In this document: positions 36,046-49,181 of the stretch, piece by piece
Layout of the letters: each line of letters starts with the position of its first letter
How positions within the stretch are numbered: position 1 is the first letter of the stretch
NCBI GenBank assembly: GCA_047495785.1
Contig: JBLDXI010000010.1
Location: forward strand, 1,550,001-1,614,000
Source of the DNA: Lepidodermella squamata
Taxonomy: Eukaryota; Animalia; Gastrotricha
Direction: 5' to 3'
Length of the DNA stretch: 64,000 nucleotides
Program-made: the position numbers and the translations under genes
The notes under the pieces: model-generated
Told to the model about the DNA's origin: nothing
The model's input: only the letters and a program-made list of their open reading frames with translations
Database searches by the model: none

Positions 36046-37338
36046 ATGAATTCGCGATTTTTCGTTTTTGCATGCTTTTTACCGTTGGTATCGGCAAATC
36101 CATGCGAAACAACTACTTATGATGGGGTTTCATCGATTTATCGTAAACTAGTTTCTGTAGACAACGAGGAAAAGATACTACGTTCATGCATGCTTATTGA
36201 CTCTAACGACCTCCCACAAGACGTCGCTGTATACTCTGAAAATATGAAGTATGAATCATACCCGCCAAATTTAAATTTGCCATCGCAGTTGCCTATCAAC
36301 GCTTCGATGACTTTCGAACTGTTGAATGTAATTGAGATAAACGATTTGGCCGAGAGGTATAATTGAAATATTCTATCAATATTATATCATATTTGAATCT
36401 TACGAAGCCTTAGCGTGTTAGCCAAGGTTTCTATCGTGTGGCACATACCCCCAATCAAAGTTTCAGTCATCAATTGCGACAATTTTGCCACTGATTTTCT
36501 TCATTCTGAAGTACGCCGGGGAAAAAAATGGTTTCCAATGTTGCTGCACAAAAACTCACTAAACAATCCGAATATATTCAACGAATTGGTTACAACAACT
36601 ACAGTTCATTTCGTGGAATCAGATGATCAGAGAGGCCGGCTGTCGGTATCAGCTCAGGTGGCCTCGATTCTGAAATCAAGCTGTGAAGGATTCTCCTTCT
36701 CGAAATTTCCCTTTGATCGAATGACTTGCGAAATAATTTTCGAACCATTCGATCCGCCCAAGTACGTCCACTGGCTCCAGAGCGAAAGCTCTGTTTTGCA
36801 TGATAACGTGGAAAAACTGATTGGAACAACGGAGAACTGGGAAATCGAACCAGGATCGATTCGCCTTGACGTCAGGTTGACAATTATCGCCAACAAATCA
36901 GTCGAGCAACTCGTAATTTTTATTGCAATGAAACGAAAATTCTTCTACTACGTAGGAAATATCTTTGTGCCGATAACTGTGCTCTCAGCTCTGCAGCTGG
37001 CTTCGCTGATCATGGAACCACAAATGCCTGATAGGCCAACATTTGGTATAACAGTGGTTCTGGCGTTTTCTGTCACCCTAACAACGATTTACCAGCAAAT
37101 CCCGTCGACGTCTGAAACAGTGTACCTGATTCAGATTGTTCAGGCTGATTTCATCATTTCAGCCGCTATCACGATCTATTCACTTCTGGCTTGCACGGCT
37201 GCAGATGAAAAGTGGGCTAGCAAGAAGATTGGCCGATTCAGCGTTATAAGGCTCCTGGACTTGGCAATGTTTCTAATCGCAACTGTAACGATTGGGGTCA
37301 TAAATGTCATTTTTCTCGGCAAAATGACACAAGAATGA
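36046..37338 (+). CDS. Divergent Cys-loop receptor-like subunit, array gene 6
   Basis: Signal peptide MNSRFFVFACFLPLVSA; intron 36357-36407; CEGFSFSKFPFDRMTC; M2 PDRPTFGITVVLAF. Confidence 0.88.
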
Positions 37339-37433
37339 CATTCGGAAAATCAAAAACAGGTTGTTTCTTACATTTCAACATTTCATCTTTTCTACCTACA
37401 ATCGTTAATGCTTGGAATAATATGTTATGTGAG

Positions 37434-39664
37434 TCAATTTGGTCGTAAAATAATGAATGAAGTGATAGCTGAGGCTGACCAAGCAAGAAAAGATAAGCCA
37501 ATCATTTTCTCAACAGGATATTTTTCAAGCACAAAACCAAGCAGTATTGCCCCTGTATAGAGAGTTGTCAGGTTAGCTATCGCAATTCGATACCTAAAGA
37601 GTTGCTTATCACGAAAGTTCAGGCGCCGGATGTCATAGGAAAACCACACAGCAGCTAAGAACATCAAAGCATTGAGCACCACTATTGGAATCATCCAATC
37701 ATTTTCGTGCTGTGACTTGAAAGTGGCTGATTGAAAATACGTGAAAGTGTCTGTTTTCTCATCGTAAGAATTCGCTTTCACTTCAACCACAGAAAACGGA
37801 ACTGCTGGGCCTGTTACGAACCAAGCTAGCAGATACAAAGTTGTTGCAATGCCGGATATCAGCAAGCATTTGATTAAATATGTACCCAATGCTTTCTGAT
37901 CATATTCGTACTTTACTTTACAACCTGTTTTTCTCCAGGGAGACATGGATGACGTGCGATTATTGACAGCCTTTGCCGTCTTCCTGGCGAAGAATATGTG
38001 CAATGACAGACTTCCGTGTAGTAAGGTGAGCGAGAAGGCGGCTAATCCACGTTGAAGGTAAAATGCGAAAACGTCAGTGCTCGATGTCACTGGATATCCG
38101 GCGAAAATTGAAGCTGAACTCAATAAACTACAGCCTATGACAGCTAAAATGCTAGTTTTGTCAAGACGAGCCTTCGAAACAGCAAGGCCAACAGTGAGAA
38201 CAATTGTGATTGAAGCGAAGCCCACTAGAGTCCAAAAGTAACCGTTTGGTATTGCCGTAAGCTGAATCCTATCGGTTCTTCTATCTTTCGGTGGCGTGCT
38301 ATCAACTGTATAATATACTTTCCAACGGCGTAGCTGGAAAAATCCTTGGGCGAGGCTGTAGCGTTGGTTCGTTGTAGCCAACTGACTACCTGAGTTCCTT
38401 GATCGAGACCCAGCCACTGAAGAGCGACAAATACATCGTCATCAGGCTCAAGACGAGATGAGAACTTGAAACGACCGAATCTCAGGCCGGCAAAGTCTAT
38501 TTTAGCCATCGATTCATTGGCGATTCTCATGACATCAGTGGGATTGTTTTTGTAATCGGCGATAGTCATGCTGAGGTTTTTAAGCCGTTCAACAGTTGAG
38601 TGTCCTAGAGCTGCGGCTAAGACTCCATCGTGGCAAACGGTTCTTTTATCATAATCCGCTGGCTTGATGTCCACGGTTTTGTTCATAGCCACCCACATTG
38701 CATCGAAACGTTTGTCAAACTCATTTGAATCATAGCCAAGGGTTGATTTCATCAGAGGATCGCTAACAATACGAGTTGTGCTCCCGAACCAAAACGTAAT
38801 TTTGTACTGCTCCAGCAGCATTGATCGCTTGCAGGTCGGCGTGATCCATTCAGGTAAGCTGGAAGGCTCGACATACGCAGAAATTTGCATGGTAAAGGCG
38901 TATCTCGGCCCTGTCATTCCGAACTCGTACATTTTTCAGAGCAACTTGAGGACTAAAGGACCAGAATTTATCGGGGAATCCACGATTCTTATGTCAGCTT
39001 GTTTCAGCATGAAGATGGTTTGATCTGTAATGTCAATTACAACGTCAAAATACGGAATTTCGAAGCCGAGTTTGAGTCCTTCGTTTACCACTGAAATCGC
39101 GATTTGAAACGTCACAGCGTTCTGCACGTCCGAAATCAGGCCGAATCTGTTCCAAAGACCGACGGCTCGAATAAACTTCAGGCGAGGGTATATGACAACG
39201 TCAGCGCCAGGTCGCATTCGATACATGTTGGGATAGACACTCCGTCTGGCTGTCATCGACGGGCTACTACATCCGAACGCTGATTGAACCATGTCGAGGT
39301 AGGAAACGGTTAGCGAAGCTCCTTGGCATCCTCCTGAAAACCACAGGCCAGCAAAAATCGGCGAGAACAGCTCCTCCCTGTTGTCGATGCTATTCAAACG
39401 GTACTGAACGAGCTGCTGAGAGGCGAGGATGCCACTTGGACCCTCGTCGCCGAAAACAGGGACTATGTTGAGGTCGGGCAGCAAATCATTCCGGCTATTG
39501 ATTTCATCCAGAACAACCTCTGAAGCAATCATACATGCTTCACCTTTCCGAGGATCATCGCCTGTTTTCGGAACAATAATGAGCATAGATATGTTGTTGC
39601 GTTTGATGGCGAAGCATTGGCAACGAACGTTAGCAAAGAGTATGAATATGAAAATGCTTAACAT
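37434..39664 (-). pseudogene. Disrupted copy of the GABA-B-like class C GPCR
   Basis: Highly similar to 43364-45646 but with TGT(Cys)->TGA at 38936-38938 and a net 16-nt deletion/frameshift near 38310 (FLSPNWL replaced by 5 nt). Confidence 0.88.
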
Positions 39665-40172
39665 TTGCCTCAATTTTAAAAGTGAAAGAAACCTGTAGAT
39701 ATCTGTCGGTTTCATGTGATATAACTCGCGTCAGGATTGTGCTTGATGAAAATTCTAAACGGAAAGCCAGTTTGATTGTTAATCGCCGGAAACTTGTAGG
39801 GTGTGCGTGACGATGTCAGTGACAGCGGAAAACGATGAGCAATACGCCTTCCAATGTCGTCAATCGAAATGCATGGAGCTGAAAGAGAAAAGCGCAAATC
39901 GGAAAACAACTACGTCGTCGTTGCCAAGCGTGTATAACAAAACAAGACTCCGCTATTGGACGGCGCGAGCACAAAAGATGGAGGCCAATCGACCAATACA
40001 AATTAAACATTGTTATTGCTAATTGCATTTCGCCTTCACGCACGTTTCATTTCCTATCATTAACATGTTTAGGTCTTCAGGGTCAAGCTTTGCAGCCCTT
40101 GATCGACAGCTGACATTTTACGAAAATCGGCAAAAGAATTAAAACTTCAAGTTTCCAATAGGAGTTTCATCT

Positions 40173-41046
40173 CCGTAATCCGGTACAACTTTGAACATTT
40201 CAAGCAAATCAGCTTTTCTCTGAAACCATGGGTATCTACCGCTTTGGAATTTTACTGAGCAAAGGTCTTGTTGAGATCTAATACTTTGCCAAGTTTCATC
40301 AGCACAGCCCCCACAGTCTCTTTTTTGAAAATTCCCGAAAAAACAACGTTTTCAGTCTACTTTGAAGTGTTGTCCTGCGATAACCCTAGCAGATATCCGC
40401 GGGTCCAACTTAGCGAATTCAAGCTTATACTTTTCTGAAGAAGTAGGCAAAAAGGCACGCTCATCTATAGAGTGGTTTTCGCGTGGCATGCGCTCAAAGT
40501 TGCAAGGGAAGCAGGTACAACTTTGAACACTATAGAAATTAATTATTTTGACGTTGAGGAGAATGTCTCGCACTGTTGCTATCACTAAATTTATCGCGCG
40601 CGCAGTTGTCAAAGTAACTTGACATTTTTGTTTCGGTTTTTGTGCCAAAATGAAGAGAATTTAATCCTCTATCGATTGAATATATGGTTCTCGCTCGAAA
40701 AATTTAAAGGGAAAAAATTGTGCTCGCACTGAAAAATTAGGGCGGGTGACCTCAAGCGAGCGCACCACCAAGTAAAAATTATACACGTAAATTGTTTCAT
40801 TCTCAAATTTCAATCGTAACAAATCTATATTCAATCGATAGAAAATTTAATCTACTTTATTTTGATGTAAAAGCCGTCGTGAAATTCATAGATTGCCCTT
40901 CGATTTCAGTTCAAAATGAGCTGGTCACTAGGAGGCCAATAGGAGCGCAATTTTTTCCTTTAGTATTTTTGTCATGAGATGATATCCGTACCTGGGAGCT
41001 TGGCCTACTTTCTACACTGCGTGTTCAAAGTTGTACCGGATTACGG
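40173..41046. mobile_element. Non-autonomous DNA transposon (MITE) with 25-bp TIRs, possibly pogo/Tc1-mariner-like
   Basis: ccgtaatccggtacaactttgaaca at 40173-40197 and its exact reverse complement at 41022-41046. TA follows the right end. Internal partial TIR copy at 40514-40530. No long ORF. Confidence 0.8.
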
Positions 41047-42299
41047 TAAGTCTCTTCTCTATGATCATTATGTTTCCGATTTTCCGAGTCAAAGTCCATC
41101 GTCATTCAGCAAAAAATTGCACCTGGTGGATTGGTGACTTGGTCGCTTGGTCGCCTGGCGGATGAGTAGTAATCATTATTTTGAGCCAAAAAAGTGTAAT
41201 CTGCATTCATTTATCGCAGAGTAGCAAGTCCACTCGCTGGCCGATTTTTCGGGAAAGCATTGTTATCTTTCGATAGCAGTTGACAACATCGGTGAACATC
41301 GGTGCCAATCTAAACGCCAGGCAGGGGTTGGATATGAACGCCTTTTTCGAGCTTTCGTTGCGAGAAAAGCCTTTTTCCTGCAGCGTAATGAATTATCGGC
41401 CTTGAATAACATATCTGATTTAAATAACGGTGATGTGGCCTTTCGATCAGCTTTCTCAATTGCAAGGGATGGTTCGAAAATTTGAATGACTTCAAGATGA
41501 AAGGCCCAGTCCGCCAGCTGAAAAGCCTTATTGAACAGTCAGTCGCATATTACCGTTGATGTGAGAACCGTTCGATCCAAGGTTCGCGTCAAAATAACAA
41601 ACACCAATCATAACGGATTTGCCAAGGTGAGCTCTGAACTTGAGGTAGAATACCTGTAGAAAATATCGAACTTTCTGGCTTTCAAGGCTTTCTCAACCAG
41701 GCTTGCCCAAGAGCCGTTGATGAGAGCTTTTTTGTGCCTGACGACTGACGTGGCCAAATTCGAAAAATGTACCGCATTCGCGATTCGTCTAAACGAGCCG
41801 CTCTCTGAAAAAACTAGCAGGTGTACTAAGGCTTTTCATCGCTGCGCAACTGGTTTTCGACGCTGTGATAAGGCGAGATCTGGAGCAGGAAAACTGATGC
41901 TTTTCAACTTCAAATCAACATGGCAGAGAACTGTTGAGCCAGTCTTCTTGCCAACATGTGTACGAATGTCTTGACGATCAAGGCATCCTTCTTTACGCCT
42001 TGTCGACAGAATTGGTAGAAATCATGTTGAAGCAGCAGCGTTCTGATATTGCGAATAATACTAATGCAACAGCCATTTCACGAAAAATCCTACGCCTCGT
42101 AAATATTCGGGAAAGCTTGTTCTTTTAATAAATGTGCGCTGTTCGTTTTAATTCCAATTAAACAAGCGAAATGAAGGAGTAAAGAGAAAAGATCACTTAT
42201 TGTTGCTTAATTATTATTATGATTATTTATTATCCTCTCGCCTTCAATCGTAGTATTCAGAATTTGTTATTTTGTAACGCATCGTCGTACGTTCTGCCG

Positions 42300-42706
42300 T
42301 TCAAAACCGTTTCTCCAAAATCATAAAAACTAAAACACCGTCACTCAAACAACGGCGATTTGCGGGAGCAATGTCTTACATGTACAAAATCATCTTAGCT
42401 AAGAAAGGCACGCCAAAAATCCGGAACCATTTCAAGGAGCTACCGGTCAAAACAACAAACTCACGCGACTCAGCAAATCGTCATCAGTATCAAGTGGCAT
42501 TGATGTCAAAATTTGCTTTGGATAGCAAGCGAAAGCCTATCGAGCCCTACCACCGGCTAGTGAAATTGGTAGACACCTGGAACGAGCTCCCAAAAACTTG
42601 CTTCACGAAACGTGTTGACATCGAACGCTTCAAAAAGAGTGCGAAAAGAGGCTGCACCTCATCACCGTGATAAACTCAGCCGAAGTTTTTGCGTAAATAA
42701 AAAAAA
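42300..42706 (+). mobile_element. 5'-truncated non-LTR retrotransposon (CR1/L2/Jockey-like ORF2 C-terminus) with A-rich tail
   Basis: Frame reads PSLKQRR..MYKII....WNELP....FKK, the typical ORF2 tail of these LINEs. Followed by aataaaaaaaa. Confidence 0.7.
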
Positions 42707-43363
42707 TATTATACTAGTTCATAGCCATCTTCGCGATAAAACTTTAAAGCAAATTTTCAAGCCTTGAATTTTTCGTCGATTACCCTGATGTGCTTGGCAA
42801 TGGGTGTTTCGGTGCACCCTATCATTCTGCAGTCCGGTACTTACCAATTTGTGTAAAAAGGAAGCCGCCAATTCTCGCTATATAGCTGTATCGGGAGGTG
42901 AACCGGATACAATGCTTCCGAAATCGCTCGTAATAGTATTTATGGGATTCGAAGGAGGAAGGAGTGCATAATTTAGTTATTGTACTTGGATATTGGCTGA
43001 GAGACGTCCGGCTCGCGAAAGCGAGCCAGCGTACCTCTACTCCCATTGGCTACTTTCCTTGTAGCGTTGTCGCGTTGTCGGGCCCAAAACAGGCAATTTT
43101 CGACGTCGCGAAGCGAAGCGCGACAAAATGCATTGTTATTTCTGTCGCTACTTGTTACGCAACCGTCGCCCAGCCCCATTGTTCGGGCGCCTGTTGCGTC
43201 GCTGAATCCGTGAACACCATAGCGCTTTGTCGCGCAAAACACTGATGCGACACGCGCGACGAGTCCGTGAACCCAGCATTACATGTCAAAATTTCACCTT
43301 TCTTACATATCAACAATAGTTGCGTTTATTAACGCTCGAAACAATATTAACGCTCAATATGAG

Positions 43364-45646
43364 TCAATTTGGTCTCAGGATGATGAATGAAGTTATAGCC
43401 GAGCCTGACCAAGCTAGAAACGACAAGCCAATCATTTTCTCAACAGGATATTGTTCGAGCACAAAAACGAGCAGTATAGCCCCTGTAAAGAGAGTTGTCA
43501 GGTTAGCTATCGCAATTCGATATCTAGAGAGTTGCTTATCACGTAAGTCCAGGCGCCGGATGTCATAGGAAAACCAAGCAGCAGCTAGGAATATCAAAGC
43601 ATTAAGAGCCACTAATGGAATCAGCCAAGCATTTTCGTGGAGTGACTCTAACGATTCTGATTGAAAATACGTGAATGTGTCAGTTTTTTCATCGTACGAG
43701 TTCGCCTTAACTTCGACCGCTGAGTACGGAACTGGCGGGTCTGTTACAAACCAAGCTAGCAGATATAAAGTTGTTGCAATGCCGGAAATCAGCAAGCACT
43801 TCACCAAATATGTATCCAAGGCTTTCTGGTCATATTCGTACTTCACAATTCCTGTTTTTCTCCAGGGAGCTGTATTAGTTGATGGGTACATGGATGAAGA
43901 GCGATTGACGACAACTTTGGCAGTCTTTTTGATGAAGAACATATGAAATGACAGACTTCCGTGTAATAGCGTGAGCGAGATTGCGGTTAATCCACGTTGG
44001 AGGTAAAATGCGAAGACGTCAGCGCTCGATGTCACGGGATATCCGATAAAAATTGAAGCCAAGTTTAAAATAGTACAGCCAATGACAGCGAAAGTGCTCG
44101 TTTTGTCAAGCCGACCCTTCGAAACAGCAAGGCCAATATTGAAAACAATTGTGATTAAAGCCAAGCCTACTAGCGTCCAAAAGTAACCTTTCGGTATTGC
44201 TGAAAGCTGGATCTTCTCGACCCTTCTATCTTTTGGAGGCATGTTATCAGCAGTAAGCCAATTGGGTGAGAGGAAATACTTTCCAACAGTGTAGCTTGAA
44301 AAATCCTTAGATGAGGCCGTAGCGTTGGTTCGTTGAAGCCAACTTACTACCTGGGATCCCCGATCGAAGCCCAGCCATTGAAGAGCGACAAATACGTCAT
44401 CATCAGGCTCAAGACGAGATGAGAACTTGAAACGACCAAATCGAAGTCCGACAAAGTCTATTTTAGCCATAGATTCATTGGCGATTTTCATTACGTCAGT
44501 CGGATAATCTCTGTAATTGTCAATTGTCATGTTGCGGTTTTTGAGACGTTCAACAGTTGAATGAAGTCCTAGAGCTGCGGCTAAGACTCCATCGTGGCAA
44601 ACGGTTCTCTTATCATAATCGGCCGGCTTGATGTCCACGTTTTTACCCATAGCAACCCATTTTACGTCGAATCGCTTGTCAAACTCATTCGAATCATATC
44701 CAAGCGTTGATTTCATCAGCGGATCGCTTACAATACGAGTTGTGCTCCCAAACCAAAACGTAATTTTGTATTGCTCCAGCAACATTGATCGTTTGCAGGT
44801 CGGCGTGAACCATTCAGGTAGGCTAGAAGGTTCAACATAGGCTGAAATTTGCATGGTAAAGGCGTATCTCGGCCCTGACATTCCAAACTCGTACATTTTA
44901 CAGAGCAACTTGAGGACTAAAGGACCAGAATTCATTGGTGAATCGACAATTCGAATGTCAGCCTGTTTCAGCATCAAGACGGTTTGATCTGTTATGTCAG
45001 TGACAACGTCAAAATACGGAATTTCGAAGCCGAGGCTGAGACCTTCGTTTGCCATTGAAATCGCGATTTGAAACGTTACAGCGTTTAGTACGTCTGAAAT
45101 GAGGCCAAATCTGTTCCAAAGACCAACAGATCGAATGAACTTCAGACGAGGATATATGACCATATCGGCTCCTGATCGCATTCGATACATATTGGGATAG
45201 ACACTCCGTCTGGCCGTCATCGATGGGCTGCTACAACCAAACGCTGACTGAACCATGTCGAGGTAGGAAACGGTCGGCGAGGCTCCCTGGCATCCGCCTG
45301 AATACCACAGACCAGCAAAAATCGGCGAGAACAGCTCCTCTCTGTTGTCGATGCTATTCAAACGGTACTTAACGAGCTGCTGAGAAGCGAGGATGCCACT
45401 TGGACCCTCATCGCCGAAAACAGGGACTATGTTGAGGTCGGGCAGCAAATCATTGCGACTATTGATTTCATCCAGAACAACCTCTGAAGCAATCATACAT
45501 GCTTCACCTTTCCGAGGATCGTCGCCTGTTTTCGGAACAATGATAAGCATCGATATGTTGCTGCGCTTGACGGCAAGGCAATGGCGACGAATGTTGATAA
45601 CAATTACCAAAGTGAAAATAAAGTTGGATAACATTTTGAGGAGCAT
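43364..45646 (-). CDS. GABA-B-like class C GPCR (Venus flytrap + 7TM), intronless, no C-terminal tail
   Basis: 760 aa. Signal peptide, EINSRNDLLPD, YPNMYR, W-RFGLI, ADIRI, LLCKMYEFGMSGPRYAF, HDGVLAAALGL, F-GLRFGRFKF, PPKD, then seven hydrophobic segments. No cysteine-rich domain. Confidence 0.9.
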   Translation of the reverse strand: MLLKMLSNFIFTLVIVINIRRHCLAVKRSNISMLIIVPKTGDDPRKGEACMIASEVVLDEINSRNDLLPDLNIVPVFGDEGPSGILASQQLVKYRLNSIDNREELFSPIFAGLWYSGGCQGASPTVSYLDMVQSAFGCSSPSMTARRSVYPNMYRMRSGADMVIYPRLKFIRSVGLWNRFGLISDVLNAVTFQIAISMANEGLSLGFEIPYFDVVTDITDQTVLMLKQADIRIVDSPMNSGPLVLKLLCKMYEFGMSGPRYAFTMQISAYVEPSSLPEWFTPTCKRSMLLEQYKITFWFGSTTRIVSDPLMKSTLGYDSNEFDKRFDVKWVAMGKNVDIKPADYDKRTVCHDGVLAAALGLHSTVERLKNRNMTIDNYRDYPTDVMKIANESMAKIDFVGLRFGRFKFSSRLEPDDDVFVALQWLGFDRGSQVVSWLQRTNATASSKDFSSYTVGKYFLSPNWLTADNMPPKDRRVEKIQLSAIPKGYFWTLVGLALITIVFNIGLAVSKGRLDKTSTFAVIGCTILNLASIFIGYPVTSSADVFAFYLQRGLTAISLTLLHGSLSFHMFFIKKTAKVVVNRSSSMYPSTNTAPWRKTGIVKYEYDQKALDTYLVKCLLISGIATTLYLLAWFVTDPPVPYSAVEVKANSYDEKTDTFTYFQSESLESLHENAWLIPLVALNALIFLAAAWFSYDIRRLDLRDKQLSRYRIAIANLTTLFTGAILLVFVLEQYPVEKMIGLSFLAWSGSAITSFIILRPN

Positions 45647-46336
45647 CTTTTTGCTTCACTTTTTCAAGTAAATAAGATCTTTTGGCTTTTAAAACTTTTA
45701 TCATGTGATAAAACTGGCATGAATTGTGCGTGATTGAAATTCTAAACGTTGCTGCACGGGAAGCCTGTTTTTGACTCTCAATCGCCGGAAGCTAAAAGGG
45801 TGTGTTATTGCACAAAGGTGACAAGGGCTAACGCATCAAAATGCCATTAAACGTGGAGCAGCCAGAAACAACCTAGAATTTAAGACATTTTGAAAATTGT
45901 CTAAAGGTTGAGGTGATATTAGTACCAAAACATGCGGCATCTCGATTATTTGGGAATATCCAATAGAATGTTCCAATCATTGAATTCACTGAGATGAGCT
46001 ATTTCGAGAAAAAGACTTCATGTCGGAAGCTTATTTACGATCATGGTTGAGGAAATCCAGTCTATGCCTTAGGTAATCACACAGAGGATTTTAAGATGAC
46101 GCAACAATGGTTTTCCATGTAATGCCGTCCACAATGCGCTGAATCATCGTTTCGATCTGCGGCTACTTCGTGAAATGAGCGAATGTAATTTTTATATTTT
46201 TAAATCTCAAGGACCGCCCTCGGTCCGTTATCCCACGATTGATCATTTTTTGTCGTTAAAAAATCTCCAATTTTCCAGATGATGTATTTTCAATTTAGTA
46301 GGCCACGAAACCATTTTTTTGTCATTTGGTCAAAAG

Positions 46337-47675
46337 ATGGCTGGTCGGTTTTTACTCATTTTAGTAATAGCCTCGAGCTCCGGGGAGAGCTTCAACATCA
46401 CCAGCCACGAAGTAGAGGTTCCACTCGTGGAGACCAATCACTTCACCGGACTGGTTATGGACGAGTTGGAACAGACCTTCTACTCAACCTCCTGTCCTAT
46501 GGCTAGATCTCGAAATCTGCCTTTAGAACTCGTGATCCGAGGTGAGGAGCATTTACTGCCTATCAAAGTCAAATATCTCATTCACGTCGGGCGAATAACT
46601 GAGATAAACGACCTCTCTCAGAGGTGAGTGACCACTTATTCAATGGTTGATGATCTTCTTACTTAATATTTCCAGTCTCACCATGTTCGCCCGAGTCAAA
46701 GTTGTCTGGGATATGCCAGCGATAGGTTGCCACCCGCTGCCTCGCCATAAGGTTCAAGATCTGGGCGGAAATTACCATTCAATTCCTATTTTTCAAAGCT
46801 CGCCTCGAAATTCGTGGTACCCAAGCGCAAGACACATCAATGCTATTCGCTACCAAAATTGGCCGCTGGAAAGCGGTTCAGACCTGTATTTCGCGCAGTG
46901 GATTGGAGCAAAATTAGGCATCAAAATGAACGATGACAACAAGCGATTGCATACGCACGGCAGGATCACAGGGGCTATCATCAACTTCCAGCTTGTTGAA
47001 ACACACTGCGGCGGGTCGAACTTAGCCTACTTCCCTGTCGATAAGCTCACATGCTCCGTTGAGCTGATCATGTCAGAAATAGCTGACCGGGTGAATTTGA
47101 CCGAGGTCGCCTTCACTCTACGTAACGACATCATGAACCAAAATGACATCTGGGAGCTGAGGTCCTTTTCGAGCGAAAAATACCTTGCCACTGCCGACTA
47201 CGGCTACACGCATTGGATGATCAAGCTGAACTTATCTTTCCAACGCAGATGCTACTTTTTCATTGCCAACATATTCTTGCCGCTTTTCATTACTATATCT
47301 CTTCAGTTAGCCGCGTTCTTCATGAGCCCTAACCCTAGAAAGGCTGATCGGCCGATGTATTGCGTCACTGTTGATGTGTCCTTCGCTCTTCTGTTATCTC
47401 AGGTTGTAGCACAAGTCCCAAGAACCTCGGAAGTTATTCTCATTATTGGCGTGATTGGCTACAAAATGCTGATTTGCGTATTCGTTACAATCTACATGAT
47501 GATTGCCAGTCTCATAGCTGTAACGAAATGGGGTCATACAACGCGCGATTTCTTTTGCTTTCGCATCACTAATATCCGCATCCTAGACTTCTGGGTCGGC
47601 TTTGGAACGATTGTCTCAGTTATTCTAGTTGATGGAATTGTTCTGGGGAAGATGTACCAAGAAGCTGTATATTGA
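46337..47675 (+). CDS. Divergent Cys-loop receptor-like subunit, array gene 7
   Basis: Signal peptide; CPMARSRNLPLEL; intron 46624-46675; CGGSNLAYFPVDKLTC; four TM segments. Confidence 0.9.
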
Positions 47676-47921
47676 ACCTCCTATTTCAATGTGACTATTG
47701 TTGTAGATTAGGAGTTTTTGCGTACTAGTCATCAACACATCTCTCCAGACAAAAAAATTACACCTCATAAAGGCGATACATGTTTACACCATACTAATAA
47801 GTTCCTCAATATTACCGCTAATGTTAATAAAAGTGCTTCCGTTGTGCGTTAAACTCATATCCGTACGTAGTATGAGGCGGTTTTACACTCACTCTAGACA
47901 ATTTCCACTCTGTTCAACACT

Positions 47922-49181
47922 ATGATTGATACCATCATCAGAGGCCTGTTATTTTGCCTTCTCTTAGCCTTCTCGAATGGCAATGAAAGGGAAAATACTA
48001 GAAATTCAAAAGTACAAGGGATACTGTCAACTGAGGTTGAGGAATTCTTCTTCGCAATGTCATGCCCTTTGGCCCTCGCTCGATCCCTACCTCTAGAATT
48101 GTTCATGCGAGGAGATTTCCGAGATCTGCCTATACAAGTATCTCTTTCAACAGAGCTCTACAGAATCGGAGAGATTCGGGATCTTCAACGAAGGTAACCA
48201 AATCATTTCTCCTTTCATTTATCCTAAAAAGAGTTTTGAAGCATTTCGTTATCTTTTCCTAGTTTCTCGATAGTTGCCCGAGTGCAAGTGAGCTGGATAA
48301 TGCCATCATCCTGTCAGCCCTTGAGCGGCGAGGCTGTGAATAAATTCGGCTCACCCACTTTCATATCATTCGTCGTGAGTTCGCCTCAAAAAACGTGGTA
48401 CCCGAAATTCAAGCACACAAATGCCGTCCGAAGTCTCGACTGGGTAGCAGAACCATCCGCCAACCTTCGATACGCCCTCATCTTAAATCAGCCGATTCGA
48501 GGGACCATAGCAAGCGATCAAATGATTGAGACGACCTGCCATCACTCAAGATTAAGTCATTTCCCTTTCGATTGGCTTGACTGTAGTATCGAGCTGAGGG
48601 CTGAGGATCCGATCGGAACGTTCAAAATCACAGATATCGATTACATTGCGAGGAACCTTATCAACGAAACTGATATTTGGGATGTCAAAGCAGGCTCTAT
48701 AACTCATAGTTTCGGTACTGAGAACGATTTTAGCGTCGCTGTTTTCAATATTTCATTTCAACGTCGTCATTTTTTCTATATTGGCAGTATTTTTGTTCCG
48801 CTTTATGTAACAATCATCCTTCAGCTATCAGCCTTCATAATGGACCCGCATGCTAATAGGCCGTTTTACTGTATAACCGTCGATTTATCGTTCGCTGTTT
48901 TTCTATCGATGGTCACGTCGCAGATACCTAAAACTTCTGATGTTATTTACCTAATTGTTATTATTCAGTTCAAAATGTTTTTATGCGTGGTTATTACTAT
49001 TTATATGATGGTTTCCGGTCTTGTTGTAGCGACAAAATGGGGCGCTAAAACGCGAGTTATTTTCCGTTTTTTCGCGCTGACTAATTTGAGAATATTGGAC
49101 TTGGCCGTGTTCTCAACGGCCGTGTTGAGTCTATTCTGCGTAGACCTCATTTTTTTGCTGAAGATGAGTGGAGGCGTATGA
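47922..49181 (+). CDS. Divergent Cys-loop receptor-like subunit, array gene 8 (closest to gene 7)
   Basis: Intron 48194-48262; CHHSRLSHFPFDWLDC; M2 NRPFYCITVDLSF. Confidence 0.9.

Noticed and set aside
38936-38938. In-frame TGA at a Cys position as selenocysteine or readthrough
   Set aside because: The same copy has an independent frameshift near 38310, so pseudogenisation is the simpler explanation. I did not identify a SECIS.
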